DNA of 64,000 bases from Lama guanicoe (lineage: Eukaryota): positions 1,274,115 to 1,338,114 of the forward strand of contig MU053365.1 in the NCBI GenBank assembly GCA_013239625.1, written 5' to 3'. Below are positions 11,831 to 25,935 of this stretch, piece after piece. The notes beneath the pieces were generated by a model, which worked only from the letters and a program-made list of their open reading frames with translations, did not search any database and was not told the DNA's origin. Position 1 is the first letter of the stretch; each line of letters starts with the position of its first letter. A program made the translations under genes and the position numbers.

Positions 11831-14800
11831 CACCAGAGCAGTGTAGCGTTCCCTTGCAGTGAGTGACCGAAAAAGATGCAGGAGATCCCAGGGAGGTCTG
11901 AGGCCCCACTGCCCTCCTTCCACTGTGACAGGAAGTAAGCTACCCCTTCTCTACAGGAAGAGGATAGAAGGGACGAGGAAGCAGTTTGAAGGAACAAACA
12001 TTTACCCAAAAGAGATTGTCATCCAAAAAAGACTGCTTAAACCAGCCCTGTTTCAGGGGTTGAAAAAAGTTCCAGGGCTTGCAGGCCCTCAGTGTTACTT
12101 CTTCCTTTGCTCTTTCTCAAAAATGTTCAGAGTTAGGTCACTCAGAGCTACCTAGATGCAGGAGGCAGTGAGATGAGGTAGAAAGCACATTGGAAAGTCA
12201 GGAGATCTGAGCTTAATTAAGCACTGGCTTGGCAGTTAAGTCCCTGTGACCCTGGGGGAGTCACATCACTTCTCTGGGCTGCAAATTCTAGATCTATGAC
12301 ATTAGGATGACTAGTCCTGTAAGATCCCTTTTGGTATTTGTGTTCAATATTATATAAATCCCAATGTTTTTTTTTGGTAGAAACCCGAGATCCCATTCTA
12401 AATTCCTCCCCTGGCTCTTAAGACTAAAGTTCAACCTCTCTTGTTAATGTCACAGGGGTCACCAGAGCTCCGGGTCTGATTCTCAGCCTTACCAGTTCAG
12501 GATCTTGGATGGGGTCAGTGAACACAGAAGGAGTCAAGCTGCAGGAACTGACTCAGTTAACCAAATTCACAAGACACTGATGGAGTTCTCAGTCTTTTCA
12601 ATCATCCTGACTCTTGGGGTCTAGAGGAAGCTTAAAAGAAAACAAATACCTGTCTGGTTTTCCAGCCTCTTCAGAAGCTCTGCGGATGTCATGGTGCCTC
12701 TAGCACCATTGGAATTCAAATGTGACTGTTTCCCACCGAACTCCAAAATGACATTTGGATTTAATAATTCAAAGATATTTGTTCAGGGGACTTTGGCATC
12801 TTGTGATGCTCTGCCTATAAGGAACTGGGGGATGGGGCATTCTCAGTCACCAAGGGCCCATCCCCTCTATTCAGCATCAATAAATCAAATTCCCAGAATT
12901 TTAGAACTGCATATCAAATAGATGGAAGGGAAAGTATTTTAGGTCAAATCACAAATAGTCATCATTGAGTTGTCAATTAGGTAAAGAAATGCAGGAGTCC
13001 AGGAGAATAACTGGGAAGAAATAGTAACTAGGCTAGCTTTGAGTCAAGATCCTTAAGAATTAAGTGTGGAGTTCAAAACAGAAATCTAATTCTTGTTGAA
13101 GAGACCCTAACAGTATAGTCACAATGCAATAATGTAACTTAAACTGTGAAATAGAACCCCCTTCTCTGCCTTTTAGGAAAACATAGAAAAGGAAGCAAAG
13201 CTTCTGTCAGGAGATGTCTCTGTTTGCATGGATGCAGAGTAGAGAAAACCTGCTGGCCTCCATGGTCAGTGTCATCAACTGTCACATCCTGATGATACTA
13301 GGGTGAGATGAGAATTGGTCTTTTTTTTTTTCAATGACCAGAACCACTGGGCTTGGGTAGTGCTGCAGACCTGGGGACTCAGTCCAACTCTTTGGCTCCT
13401 TTGACTTGACTATGGTTGCTTCAGAGAATCCAGTCACCGTGCAGTTGAGTAAACTATATCTTCTCATTAGTTACATCCAAGTTCCCGGGAGATAGCCTGG
13501 GCTTTTGGTGGATCCTTGAGAAATCCTCAAAGCTGTAAGCAAGATGTTTCTTATCCTTGGGTCTTATCTCCTCTACCATATGTTGATTTGTACTAGCTTC
13601 AACCTCAGCGGGTGGGGCTTTTCGTCCTGTGGCTCTCTTTGCACAAAACTGTAACTACCACTGCCTTTCTGCCTGCTAGCAAGAGTTACCCACTAGGTGC
13701 CCTTTGTTTACTGCATTCCGAAAGAGCACTTCTTGTCAGGGTGGTGGCGGGTGTTTGAGGTAGAAAATAGTCCAGGGAATCCACTTTGCTCTGCTGGAAA
13801 TGTGAATAAATAAGGTCTGACTATAAAGGACACCCCTTAGATATCATCTTATTTCAGCCTTACACCAGGCTTGCCAGGTAGAGTATTACTCTCATTTTAT
13901 AAATAGGAAGCCAAGGTGCAGAGAGGTTAAGTAGCCATCTGAGTTTCCTTTCTACTGTTGACTGTCTAGGATAATTGTTTTCTCTGAGCTGTGGGTAGAG
14001 CTTCTGGTGGGGTGCCAAAGGAGGAAGGTGATGTTTGGCCAGCCAGACCTGATTCCATTACCCTGGTGGCCAGTGGAGTAAAAGAAAGGATAGCCAGCTC
14101 CATCTCAGCTTTAAGGCTGTGCGCTAGTGAGTAGCAGAATGGGGACTGGAACCCAAGTCAGCCTGACTCTGAAGCTCAAGCTCTTTGTGCCATCCCACAC
14201 TGCTAGCTACACACATTCTTATGTCTAAGCACTCACAGCTTTTATACAGAGGCATCCATTTGTTCTTGTGAGGAACCTTGACAACTGGCAACCAGGTGAC
14301 TAGATCTTCACTTTGTTGCAGAGGAATCCACTTACGACATTGGCTTTTATCTTTCTCCACTCCGTTTGGATTCCTCTGGAAATTGCATCAGGAGATCAGT
14401 TAGGACATGTATTCCAGATACAAGGAGACCACTCCTCATTGAAGACCAGGGCAGCAGGTGCTTCCTCCTTGGGAGCCATACCTGGGAAACCCTGAGCAAA
14501 CTTATCTCTAGTACTGGTCTAATTCTTCCACATGCATCATTAATCTTTTGTCCTCCGAATCTCCGTTTGTGAGATAGAGGTTTTGGGTCTGGGTGAAAGC
14601 TTTAATTTCCTCTTGAATCTTTCTGTCCCTTCACTTTGTTGAGGGACTATACTTGTAAGTGGGATTGGAGAAGTCAGCTGGTTAAGGAAGTTGAAAGTGC
14701 AGTGAGAGTCTCCTGGACGCTAGTAGCAGCCTTGTGTGGTCCACAGAGTTTCCAGAACTCAGCTGCAGGGAGGAACTTCCTCACTGATCATTCAGAAACA

Positions 14801-17800
14801 ATAACCAGGCCACGGACTAACTGAAGCCTTCCCTGACTGCCCTGTGTCTGAACATGGGAAATAGAGCTTCTTCATTCTTGGCACCCAGAAAGGAAAAAAA
14901 AGGGTGAGGGAGTGGCCAATTATGTCAGTTACCAGTTCAGGCCGTCAGAAGATGAGTACTCCCAGATTCACCCCCACAGAAGCATGGAACTGAGTGAGGG
15001 TCTGGGAGAGACAGGTCAGAATGTAGGCAACAAACTGAGCAGAAAACTAAAGTGTGGCCTCTTAGGGGTTTTGGCCACCTTGACACCCTCACCCTAGCCA
15101 ACTGGTAGATCTCAGTGATACGTTCAAAGCAGAGGGGCCATGCAAACCTTGTCACCAAACTGGACAGGGAGACCCATGGTGCCTTGTCCAGGTGAGGTGA
15201 CTAAGAAGAAGAATCTAGGCCGAGAATCAGCACCCAAATCTGTTTCTGACTTCTCCCTGTATGTGTACATGTATTTTCTTTAAAAATGAAAAACACACAT
15301 CTTTCATGGTACTTACATATAACCAACAAATTCTAGCAATGTTAATCATGGTTCCTAAGAAAGTGATAAGACATTGGCCACTGTTGGAATAGAAGGAAGG
15401 CAGTGAGATTTCAAATCTCCCTTCTTTCTGGTTCATCTAGAATGCCCCCCATCAAGTGGATCCCAGTAGGACATGTGGTACATCATGTATCTGCCAGTTC
15501 CTTGGAGAAAAATGTTTTTGTTAAAGAGGGAGTTGCATTTACTTCTTTAAAATAAGAAAGCACTTATGACAACTAAAAACATGATTTACAATAGCCTTGA
15601 ATCTGTGACTATTCAGATGAAAGCACCGGGCAATAAAAGTAGATTAAAAAATATGGGGAGTGTTATAAGAGATTTGAGCCCAAATATGTATCTACCTTAA
15701 CATTTTGTGAGAAAATCTTTTCAGTTTGTGTGGCATTTCTTAAAAATGTTAAGTTGAAGGACAAACTCAGCAACTTGTTCAAGGCCTCAGATTGAGCTGG
15801 TGAATAATTGTGAAAACTTTTTCTCTGGAATCTCACAGTAATCTTTTGCCTTTAGAGATACACAATGTAAACTTGCTACAAAAAATCTCTGCAAATTCCA
15901 GGGAGTGGGGGTAATAGTAACAGTTTAATAACAGTAACAGCAGTTTTGAAAGTCAGGAAAACGTTATTTTAAAAAACCCCATCTTGTGCCCTTTTTATAA
16001 TCGCTGGGTACAAAGGGTTACCTAATTAGTGCTGGAATTACATTATGACAGCAAATGTTCTTCCTAGGCACTGATTCCTTTCCTCGTAGAGCTCAGGTTG
16101 ATGAACTGACTCTTAAGGCCTTAAGAGTAGAGTTTAGGGTGAAGGTTTCTAGAGTGTGAATGTGGACTACTGGGGAGAGGGGTCCCTCTTTCTATTGATG
16201 GGGTTTCCCATCTGGCACTCAGACCTAAGGCTCCCAGGTGACTGAATACATGCAGAAAACATTCTAGCTAAGCATATTTTCATCCCTGAGCCATGTTGCT
16301 TTTTTCCCTGAGACCCTATTTTCTTTTCTTCTCTGATGATCTGGGATGGGCAACCAGGAGGGAAAACTGTATTTTTCTTCTCTCTCTACCTGCTTTAGAG
16401 CCTGTAGCCAGTCTCAGGAATCTAGCCTTCTGCCATCTGCTATCTGGGCTCTACTTTGTTTTCTATTAGTTTCCAAAGTCAAAGGTACCTCTAAGAAGAT
16501 GTCCCCCAAACAAAGCCCAGAAATGGCAGAGGGAAAAGGACCCTTCACATCTTCCTTTTAACTTTTAATAATTCGTTGCTTTGGTCTTCCCTGGAACAGC
16601 TCCAGCTAATCACTCTGCACTATGATGCCCTCTACTGGTAGGGAGGTGAGAGCATGACAGAGTCCTTCACTCTACCCAGACTGGGGCTACCCTGCCTCCT
16701 GCCAGGATGTATCATTCCTTAGTTGTAGGTCTTTGATGGCTACCCTGGCGCCCTCTCCCCAAAGAAGCTGGAATGGGATTTGGCAAGGGCTCTTCTAACT
16801 ACTCCTGGTAATTTTTGCTTTGTCATCTTCTGTACAGAGTTCCTGAACTTCCAGAGAGGAGATGACCAGGTCTGGGGACTTTAATGTGAGAGTTGAGTCT
16901 CACCTTATCTCTGGAAAATGAAGAGCAGCTTCTCCTCATATATTTCTTGAAGGGGATAAAAGTAAATACTTTGAAAACTTTCATTTTTAAATTACTTTTC
17001 CCATAATTCTGTTTACCATTCGAAAATAGGGAGTGCCACTTCAAGCATTTAATAAAGATAAATTCTCCAGAGATGGAAATGAAAACATCCAGTTGAGAAA
17101 CCACCTTAATGCAGAAAAAACATGTCTATATTAGTGGAATCTACTGCCTTGAATAGGTTGAAGCAAAACTAATACTATTGGCTCCATAAATCAGTTCCAC
17201 TCAGTGATGGCCAAGGCTTGCTCAAGACGCATGGCAATGTTCGCCTGGGAAAGCACATTACTATATGTGAAATTTCCTAATCACTGTAACATCGTGTCAG
17301 ATTAAGACTTGGATGGAAAACTGAGCTGGTGGCAGGTCAACAGAATATCATTGCCATGCTTGGTGTTGGCAGGTCATATCCTTTAGGGTTTTTAAGATAC
17401 AGCAGCAGGCTTTGGGGTACTTTTTGCCAAACAGCCTATGAAACTTAGCTTATTTTAATGCGTAGATGCTTAATAAAGTTCTCCTGGATTTTCTCCCCTA
17501 ATTTCTAGGCCAGGCCATTCTATTCTTCCTTCCTAAAGGTTACGCGTGGAGTATTAATTGGAAAAAATTGGATCTGAGAAACCTCCAGGTAGCAGTGCTG
17601 TTTTATTGCCAGACAGTCCTGCATTCTCTCCCCAAGCTTGTTCGTAATGGTTTTGGCTCTAGGCCCCATGTCTAAGTTCTTTCCACCTTTTTCTTTTTAC
17701 CCTGAGAAAGAAAGTCTTGCTGATATTCTGGGTTTTACATAATTTGAATCAATTTAACAGATACCATATTTTCTTTGTTGTGTTATTTAGATTAGTTTAA

Positions 17801-18699
17801 CTTAAGAGAATTGTGTCCACTCTGGTATTTGTTATGCAGACATAAAACACTCACTGAAGTGCTTAAAATAAAAATCTATTTTGTGTTCTGTAGTATTGTC
17901 CCAAGGGATATCTCTTTTTGGGGGGTGCAAGTGATATTAGAGTCAAGGTAATACTTGATATTGACATTTAACTTTCCATTGAGAATAAGATACTAAGAGC
18001 TATGGCAGTTCTTCCTAATTTGATAAAGATATAAACACACAGAGAATCCAGTGCTAAGAGTCACTTTGTGAACTTGACCTTTTGAGGACTTCTAGTGTGT
18101 GCCAAATGGGGATGCAATGGTTGCTTGCTCTCCAAATAAATAGATTATACTGAGCTGGAAATCTTTTTGAATTAGTATATCTTGAGTGGATCTTGTATTC
18201 AGTGAGTAATCCTAGAGTTTCACACTGAGTTTATTTAGCTTCTGGCAGTCCTGTGGAAGTGAGTCTGCTGTTGTTTACAGGGGAAAATTATGAAAATTCA
18301 TCAGGTCAAATTATAGATGAAAGTATATAAAGAATAATTCATTGCCTTTCATTTTTGTAATTCACAATCATCTTTGCATATTTTCTGTACATTTGTGGTA
18401 TTCCTCGAATAGGCAATAATATATTCACATGTAAAAGAAAATACACTGGAAAAATAAGCAGATGGAAAAAAAAAAGGAATTCACAACACAGAAAAGATTG
18501 TACAGGCATTACATTTCACCTGAAGGCAAAACATCTCCCCTTTGCCCATTACTTTTCATAGGCTCAGGGTCATCACCGGGGAGCTTAGTACTAGGTATGG
18601 CACTCTCTTATTTCCATTTGTTTACAAATTGTCTATGGCTGCTTTCATGTTACAACAACACAGTTGAGTACTTGCAACAGAGGCCACATGGCTAGATTA

Positions 18700-19460
18700 C
18701 TCCTAGCGGTAACAGTAGAATGGAGGAGACAGGGGTGAGAAATATTGAGCAGGTAGAATCAACTACTTGACAACAGTTGCAATGAAAGAGATGAAATAAG
18801 TAGAGTTAGATGATTGGGGTTTTGTTCCCGAGTCCCTAGGTGATGTTAGTATTGTGAACTAAGGTAGGCATCATGGTGCCACCAGGTTTCAGAGGTAAAG
18901 CTAAGACAAGTCTGGATTTGGACATATTGAGTTTGATATGTCAGTGTGATATTCAGATAGAAATCTCCAATAGGTATGAGTTTAGAGTTCAAAAAAAGAG
19001 ATCTGGCCTGGAGATTAGGAATTATACACATTTATCTTCATGGAAGGGATAGGTGAAGCCAAGGAGGCACTGAGTGTGCTGAGAAGAGAATGTTAGAGAA
19101 CAGCCACATCTGCAGTTAGAGGGAGAGAGGAAACAATAAAAATACAGGGAAGTGGCCCTGGGAGATGAAAGGAAAAGCAAAAGGATGGGATGTTCCAGAA
19201 GCTAAAAGAAGAGATTCGAGAAAGAGAGCATTGTCAGCAGTGTCAGAGCTGCACAAGTGTCTGGGAAGTTGAGGAATGGGAACATAACTTTGGGTTTTGC
19301 ATTCAAGAATTCATTGGTAGACTTTGAAGAGCAGTTGTGGAGAAAAGAGAGGGGCAGAAGCCAGGTTTCTAGAAGTTTAGAAATAAGTGGAAGTAGAAAG
19401 AATGGACTGTTCTTTTGGGAAATGTGGCTAAAAAGGAAGGGGAAGAGTTGGAAAAATGAG
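18700..19460 (-). mobile_element. L2 LINE fragment
   Basis: ggatttggacatattgagtttga, gtcagcagtgtcagagctgc and tcattggtagactttgaagagcagtt are reverse L2 motifs. Confidence 0.8.
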
Positions 19461-20804
19461 AGGGTAGAAAATCTCACCTCCCTATGGCCTTCCCTTGCTT
19501 CTGTTCCCCTTTCAAGTCCTTGTATGCTGAGAAAGGAGAGCGGGTGGGGCTGGAGGGAGGGCAGGAGTAGGGCCTTATGGATGCTTGTTGGAGATTCTAT
19601 AGGTAAAACTCCTGCATTGGGTGGGAGATTCAGGCAGACAATGTCTTCCTTGTTCCCTCGCACTCCCACTGAATTCTATGGCCAAGCTGAGGTAGTGAGC
19701 TTGCCTTGAATGCCAACAAGACATATTTAGAGCATGATTGCAGACCTCAAGCGCTTTATATGTACACCCATATTGAGGCAGAAACATCAGCGTAATAAGG
19801 TACCTGAAGATGCTTTTTCTGCATAGATCAAGTGCAGAAGGCAGTGGAAAATGAGCTTGTACAAGACAGAACTAGTCCCTGCAAGCATCCCTCTCTTTCC
19901 CAAGTAACTCGTGCATTTTGGGGATCTAGACCTTTGTTCAGTTTGCAATTTTGGAAAGTGTTCCTTGGGGGCTCCACATTTGTATTGTCCCTGCTGGAAA
20001 AAACTGATTTTCTAGTCTGCCTTGCTCGTAGGCCAACTGGGTCAGATTGCATTACACTGGTCGCTGGAGACCAAGAAAGCATCAGCTGGGCCATAGAAAA
20101 GCAGACAGCATAAACTGCCATTATGCAGCATAAATTAAAGTTGCAGAAGTTATGAGGAAATGAGCACATGGGAGGCATAAGACAGCTAAATTTACATCCC
20201 AAACTCAGATATTTTCCTGGCTTTAAAATTGGAATGTCTGAAGAATGTCTGAATATGTCTCCAGAGAGTCAAACCGGGCTTGATGGGGAGGGAGTTAGAG
20301 GGAAGTGAATTTCAGCTCAACATATGGAAGAGCTTTTAGAGTCCTAGGACACACTATTCCAGGAAGTGTTGTTTAAGCATACAATTGGAAATCTAGTGGA
20401 GGCTTACCTTGTGGCGTGCAGCACTGTGCCGGGAGCAGGGCTTTATTAACCAAGCAGGACAATCTGCCCTTCTCTAGGCCTGTATCCCTGTTTGTAAATT
20501 GAAGATGGACTAAATGACTCTGGAGGGCCTTCCACCTCTAATATTCCAAGATTCAGTTTTCTTGGTAAGACATAGTGGTACAGTGACTATTTTTTTTGGT
20601 AGTGGGGGTGGGTTGGGAGTGGGGAGGAATCTGATATTTCAATCATTTTTCTTTTCAAGTGTAGCCTTCATGAGGCAGATCTTGTTGTAACCCTCTCTTT
20701 TCCCAGTAAAGTTTCAAAAAACCCCAGGATCTGACATACCGTAGTGTAACTAGAACTTCTTTTTATGTCTCTGTAAAAAACAGAGATTGACTAAAACGGC
20801 ATCA

Positions 20805-21000
20805 GACGGTTAAGAGCACAGACTTTGGAGTAGAGCTGGGTTAGAATCTTGACTCTGACTCTTAATAGCTAGGGAGTCTTGGGCAACCTTGTTACTATTT
20901 ATAAACCTCAGTTTATTTATCTGAAAACCTGGGGTAATAATAGCACCTGTATCTCCAGAGTGTTGTTGGAAGAATCTAACAAGATGGCAACATTTTTGGG
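20805..21000 (+). mobile_element. MIR SINE
   Basis: ggttaagagcacagactttggag...gggttagaatc...cttgggcaa...cctcagtttatttatctg...ggtaataatagcacct. Confidence 0.85.
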
Positions 21001-21599
21001 AGGGCTGTGGAGTCTGGCAAAAGTCCATACAACGACCTTTGTTCAAAGTAAGGTTAAGTGAAGTCCCTGATTCATTTCTGAAGGGATCCAAAATCTTAAC
21101 AGGAAGTATAGGAGCACACAGAGGAGAGGAGCAAGTTTGGCTTTCCAAGATCCTCAGAGTCCCAGCTGACCTGCTAGAAGCACTATCTCATTCAAGGTAA
21201 AATCCAGTTAGATTTCTGAAGCTTCATTTTTGTGGTACTACACAGTCCTTTTATTTTTGTATGTTGTATCCAGCAACCTTGCTGAACTTAGCAGTTAGTT
21301 CTAGAAGTTTTTTTTTTTTTGTAGATCCTTGGGATTGTCTACATAGACTGTCATGTCATTTGCAAATAGGGAAATTTTAAAGTTTATTTTGTAACACTGT
21401 TTCAAACCTGGCTTAACAAACAGAATTGGCTCTCAGGGTTTCCTGAGTAGTTTCTCTGCCTCTAGCTCTCTGGCATTTAGGGAAGCCTATTTCACCACAG
21501 GAAAATGTCTGTAAATCACTTAGCAGAGAGCCCAGCAGCAATAAACACTGAATAAATGTTAGTTGCTGTTATTATTATCATTATTATTTATAAGGGCTG

Positions 21600-21722
21600 A
21601 TAAGGGCTTCTCAGACTTTAATGTGCATACAAATCACCAAGGGATCTTGATAAAATGCATTTCTAACAAGCTCTCAGATGACACCGTGGCTCCTGGCCTG
21701 AGGACCAGGTCTAGAGTAGCTT
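21600..21722. mobile_element. MER5-family hAT-Charlie MITE, internally deleted
   Basis: gcttctcagacttttaatgtgcatacaaatcacc..gggatcttgataaaatgca...tttctaacaagctc. Confidence 0.7.
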
Positions 21723-24699
21723 AGCACCCTCCTTCCTGGGGGAAGCTACCTCTCACCTGGTGATTATGATTCAGATCTCTTTCAGGGCCCACAATCCTAC
21801 TTCTCACTGGTCCATGTCACCTGAGGTAGTTAAGCAAGAGGAATCTATTTGTCACTGGCATATTTATGCCTAAGACCTGCTTAGAGATGTTTGCATCTAA
21901 TTTTTGTTAGCTCAGCCACTTTATCTCTCACAGGGAGACTGTGTTAAGTAATGTGAAGAAGCCAAGCTTTGGTGGCCAGACCTCACTGACCAGGACATTT
22001 TAAACCAACTTATGGTTAGTATGACTTGCTTTCCCCATTATCAAGGTGAAATAAACACAAATACAATTTTAAGAAGGGTCTCATGTATAACATTACTGAA
22101 ATTAGAACAAGATGGTAAATAAGCTACTGTGAATTTCTCATTTTCCAAGGTTACCCTTAGCTCCATACACCTGTGCAATGCACAAATCCACTGCATCTCA
22201 TGAGGGAGGCATTCTGTCTGGCTCACTTGCCTCCTTTAAGCTCCACCAGCTGCACTAGAGCACACACTAACCACTGTGTATGAGGACCATTTCAGATCAC
22301 ACTCACCCTCCTAGGCTGAGCTCTGAACCACTTCCTCAGCTCTCTGGATTTTATCCTGCTCCTGATCTCTTTGGGTTGTTAACTTTGCAATTTGCTTTTC
22401 CATTGCTGCCTTTGTTTTGCCCTTGGACTTGTACGTGGAAATGCTCTGCATAGCAGGCACATAAGGGCAGTAGGTGATCAGGTGTTGAACGGCTGTTAGG
22501 GAGCATTGTTGGGAGACTGGGCTCAGCCGTGGGTCATCATATCCCAGGTGAGACTCACAGGGAGAGGCTTCTAAGAAGTAAATGGGAGGGACTTCAGGAG
22601 GAGAGCAGTAGTGAAGTCATCTTTCTTCTAATAACCTTGAGAAGAATTAAGGGCATGTATTCTCTTCATCCTTTGGTGTTGGCATTAAGCTCCAAATAGT
22701 AGGTGTTAAAAAGAGTCAGCTGTGAGTCTAGAGTTCTGGGCTGGTATCCCAACTCTTGTGACTAGCTCAAGAACCTTGAGTATGCCATCTTCCTTTCTCT
22801 GGGTCTCATTCTCCCATCTCTAAAATGAGGGGAAATGGTTTGTGGACTCCATCTCTGTGGGCTACTTCAGTGATGACAGTCTAGGATTTTATGTGCTAAC
22901 CAGCCACAGAGACTAAATTCAGTCAGCTCGGTACTTGAACTGCTAATCTGTTAAAAAAAATTTTTTTAAAATCACATTTCCTTAGATGGCTTGACTTTTT
23001 GGTGAGTAATGGGACCTGGGTTTACCCCGGGTCTGTTAGCTTTACTAATCTGCTAGTTCGCCTACCAGGCCATAGATTGATTGATTTTTCTTTCTGAACT
23101 TTTGTGAAGAATGTTTTAAAGGCAAGTGCTCTGTTGCTCTCTGTATCATCATTTACCAACTACTTTCTTGTTGAAACTTGTTAAATTCAAAAACTATTTC
23201 TGCAGCCATTTAATTTCTCCCATTAATTCAAGTATTGATTTTGCTTTTCCTAGAGACATGAAATAGATGACATGTATTTTTATCTGAGAGATTTAGAATG
23301 CTTTACACTTTCTCAATTAGAGCCCTCTCTATTAATTAAAAAGTACTTACACTAAGCTAGGTTGGGTGGATTTATGGAGCTAAACTCCCTCCCTCCCTTC
23401 TTTCTTCCTCCCTCGCTTCCTTCCTTCCGTATATAAAGAACAGACATATCAACCTCATATCAATCCAACTACGTGTGGATCAGGCCTTGTGCTAGGTACT
23501 TTCACATGCGTTTAATTGTCACAAAATATTTTTAGGTAGGGCTTATTATTACTGTTTTATTGATGATAAAACAGAAAAATTGAGGTTAACTGATTCATTA
23601 AAGGTTGTACACCTAGTGCATCTTCCCTACCCATGCCTGCTCTCTCTGGTGTACCAAACCCAAACCAGCCCCACCTCGAGACAATTTCATTGGATTCCCC
23701 CAATCCAATTCATCAGATAGAAACAACTTCTACTATTTGTGTTGTAATATATAAAAGCATGTTACTTTCTCTTCTTGCTTTCTGTAGAAATCTGTGAAGT
23801 ATAGATGAACATAATGAAGAAAAATAATTTATAATCGTATCATGCAGAAAAAAAGATGTCTGCTCTTATAGTGAATGTCCTTCGAGGATAAAACACATTC
23901 ACAAATATCATTTGTGCTCCTCGGCAACCCCATATGGCTTCATCGCTACTAACACCAGAGGAAGCTAAAGCTCAGACAGATGAGGAACTCGCCCAAACTG
24001 GAATGTGATAGAGTCCAGACTCACCTCAAAGGTTGACTCTAGTCAAGGGTTGATTTTTATCACATAATCAGTTTATGTTAAGGGCAAAGAAAGAAGAACT
24101 CTTCAGGAATTACTTATCCTCATCATTTGAGCAGATGTCAATATTTGGTAAAATGCAAATCCTGTCAGAGCCCCACTAGTGATTATTTGCCAACTAGTCA
24201 AATGAAGCCAATACTCTTTCCTAGTCCTATAAGGAGATCAAAGTTTGGCTTCCAAAAAAGGTGTTTCGTTAGCACTTTCCAGCTGATGGAAGTGACTCTG
24301 ATGCCTTGTTTGTTCTGTAGCCTTTGGCCATACCCCAGCTTAACACTAACTTGGAAGGTGTCTGGCCTCTTAGGAGTTTTGTAAACCCACTGGAGATCTG
24401 GATCCAAGCTGTGGTTTCCTCTAAGCAGATGTAGCTACTCATTTAAGAGTGGCAGATACTTGAAGGTAGCACCACAGTCTGATGACCTGTGAACAGAGGC
24501 TCTTTAAAAATGAGCACTTTGAGATCAGAGACTACCATTAAGTGTGCCTAGTAGCCATCAAGATGAGTGGCTCCTTTAGCTGCCTTATAAACACATGTAT
24601 CTCCAGCTAGCTAAGGATTTTGCCCTCTGGGAAAAGTGTCTGAGGGCAACTGCTATCTGAATTAACCTCAAATAGAATTCAGGATTTAGATTCATGGTT

Positions 24700-25330
24700 A
24701 TTTTTAAAGATCTTTATTTTTTTAGTAATGCAAAACTATGTGTCTGGTTCGAAACATTCAAAACAATACAGAAGCATATAAAATGATATTAAAGTACCTT
24801 TCCCCCTTTTGTTCCACCCCCTCCCCAATCTAACTCCATAAGAGTAACCTCTGTTGATAATTAGATACATATACTTAAAAACTTTTATCAGTGCAGTTTT
24901 TCTCGATCTCTCTTTATATATGTATAACTTTTATTGAAATATATAAAGAAAAGTACAAAAGAAATAAGTATATTGCTTTTTTAAACATCTGTGTATACCT
25001 ATGTAACTACTAGCTAGATCAGGATAGAAATAATTTGTATAGTTTTTAAAAAACTGAAATAGGATAGTAGCATACATATACCTTTGCAATTTTATCACTT
25101 ATTTTATCATGTCAATACATGCAAAACTACCACCTCAGTGGTGAACACAGCATTCAACAGTGTGGATACATTATAATTTATTTAATCATTCCCCTGTTGA
25201 TAGACATTCAGGCTATATCTACATATTTTGCTATTACTAACAATGCTTCAGTGACTGTGACTATTTTTGTAAGTACATTTTTGTGCACATAGTTCCAGAC
25301 TTTTGTATAAAAGTATTTGAAGCAGTGAAT
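24700..25330 (-). mobile_element. Very old L1 (L1M-type) 3' end fragments
   Basis: gcattcaacagtgtggatacattataatttatttaatcattcccctgttgatagacattcagg is a typical reverse L1M 3' region. Confidence 0.6.
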
Positions 25331-25734
25331 GTAATGATTCCTAATATATGCACAGTGTCTTCCAGGTTCCAAGAACAGCAACAGTTATTATCTTCTTGGC
25401 TGCTGTTAACAACTCTGAGAGAGAGGCAGGAGGGGTTCTGATTATATATATTCCCTTCATGGAGTCAGAGATCAAAGTCTTTGACACCTCTAAGTCACAT
25501 GGCCTTGGGTGGAGGCAGGAGCAGAAGCCAAGGACAGATGGGTGACCCCAGTAACATGGCCCCTTCCATTTCTTCTCAAGTGCCTTCTAGTAGAGCTCTA
25601 GTAGAGCTTCTGGTAGACCTGTCTGTGTCTGGATCAGCAGCTCTCAGGTTGTGTCACCAAATCACCTCTCTGACCAGGAGAGTTGATTCAGTCCAGCACA
25701 GAAGATGAGAGAGAGGGCTCTGATGCTAGGTTTG

Positions 25735-25935
25735 AATAGAGGGCTAACTAGGTTTGAATCCTAGCTCCACTGCTGATAAGCTGGGTGATAGGGGACCCAT
25801 TCTAAGCTGCAGCTTTCTTCACTATAAAATGGAATGAAACATGGCACCTCCTCATAAAGTTAAAGTCAGACCGAAATGAAATAATACATGTAAATAATTT
25901 AGCAAAGTTCCTGGCTCATAAGAAGAGTTCAGTAA
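25735..25935 (+). mobile_element. MIR SINE
   Basis: ctaggtttgaatcctagctccac...aaatgaaataatacatgtaaa...ttcctggctcataagaagagttcagtaa. Confidence 0.75.

Noticed and set aside
13177..13264. 88-nt + strand exon candidate
   Set aside because: Weak donor (GTCAGT), no recognisable peptide, no linked exon; typical pseudo-exon.
19202..19709. Overlapping 150-155 aa ORFs on both strands
   Set aside because: Largely inside a decayed L2; no gene structure or recognisable domain beyond L2 remnants.
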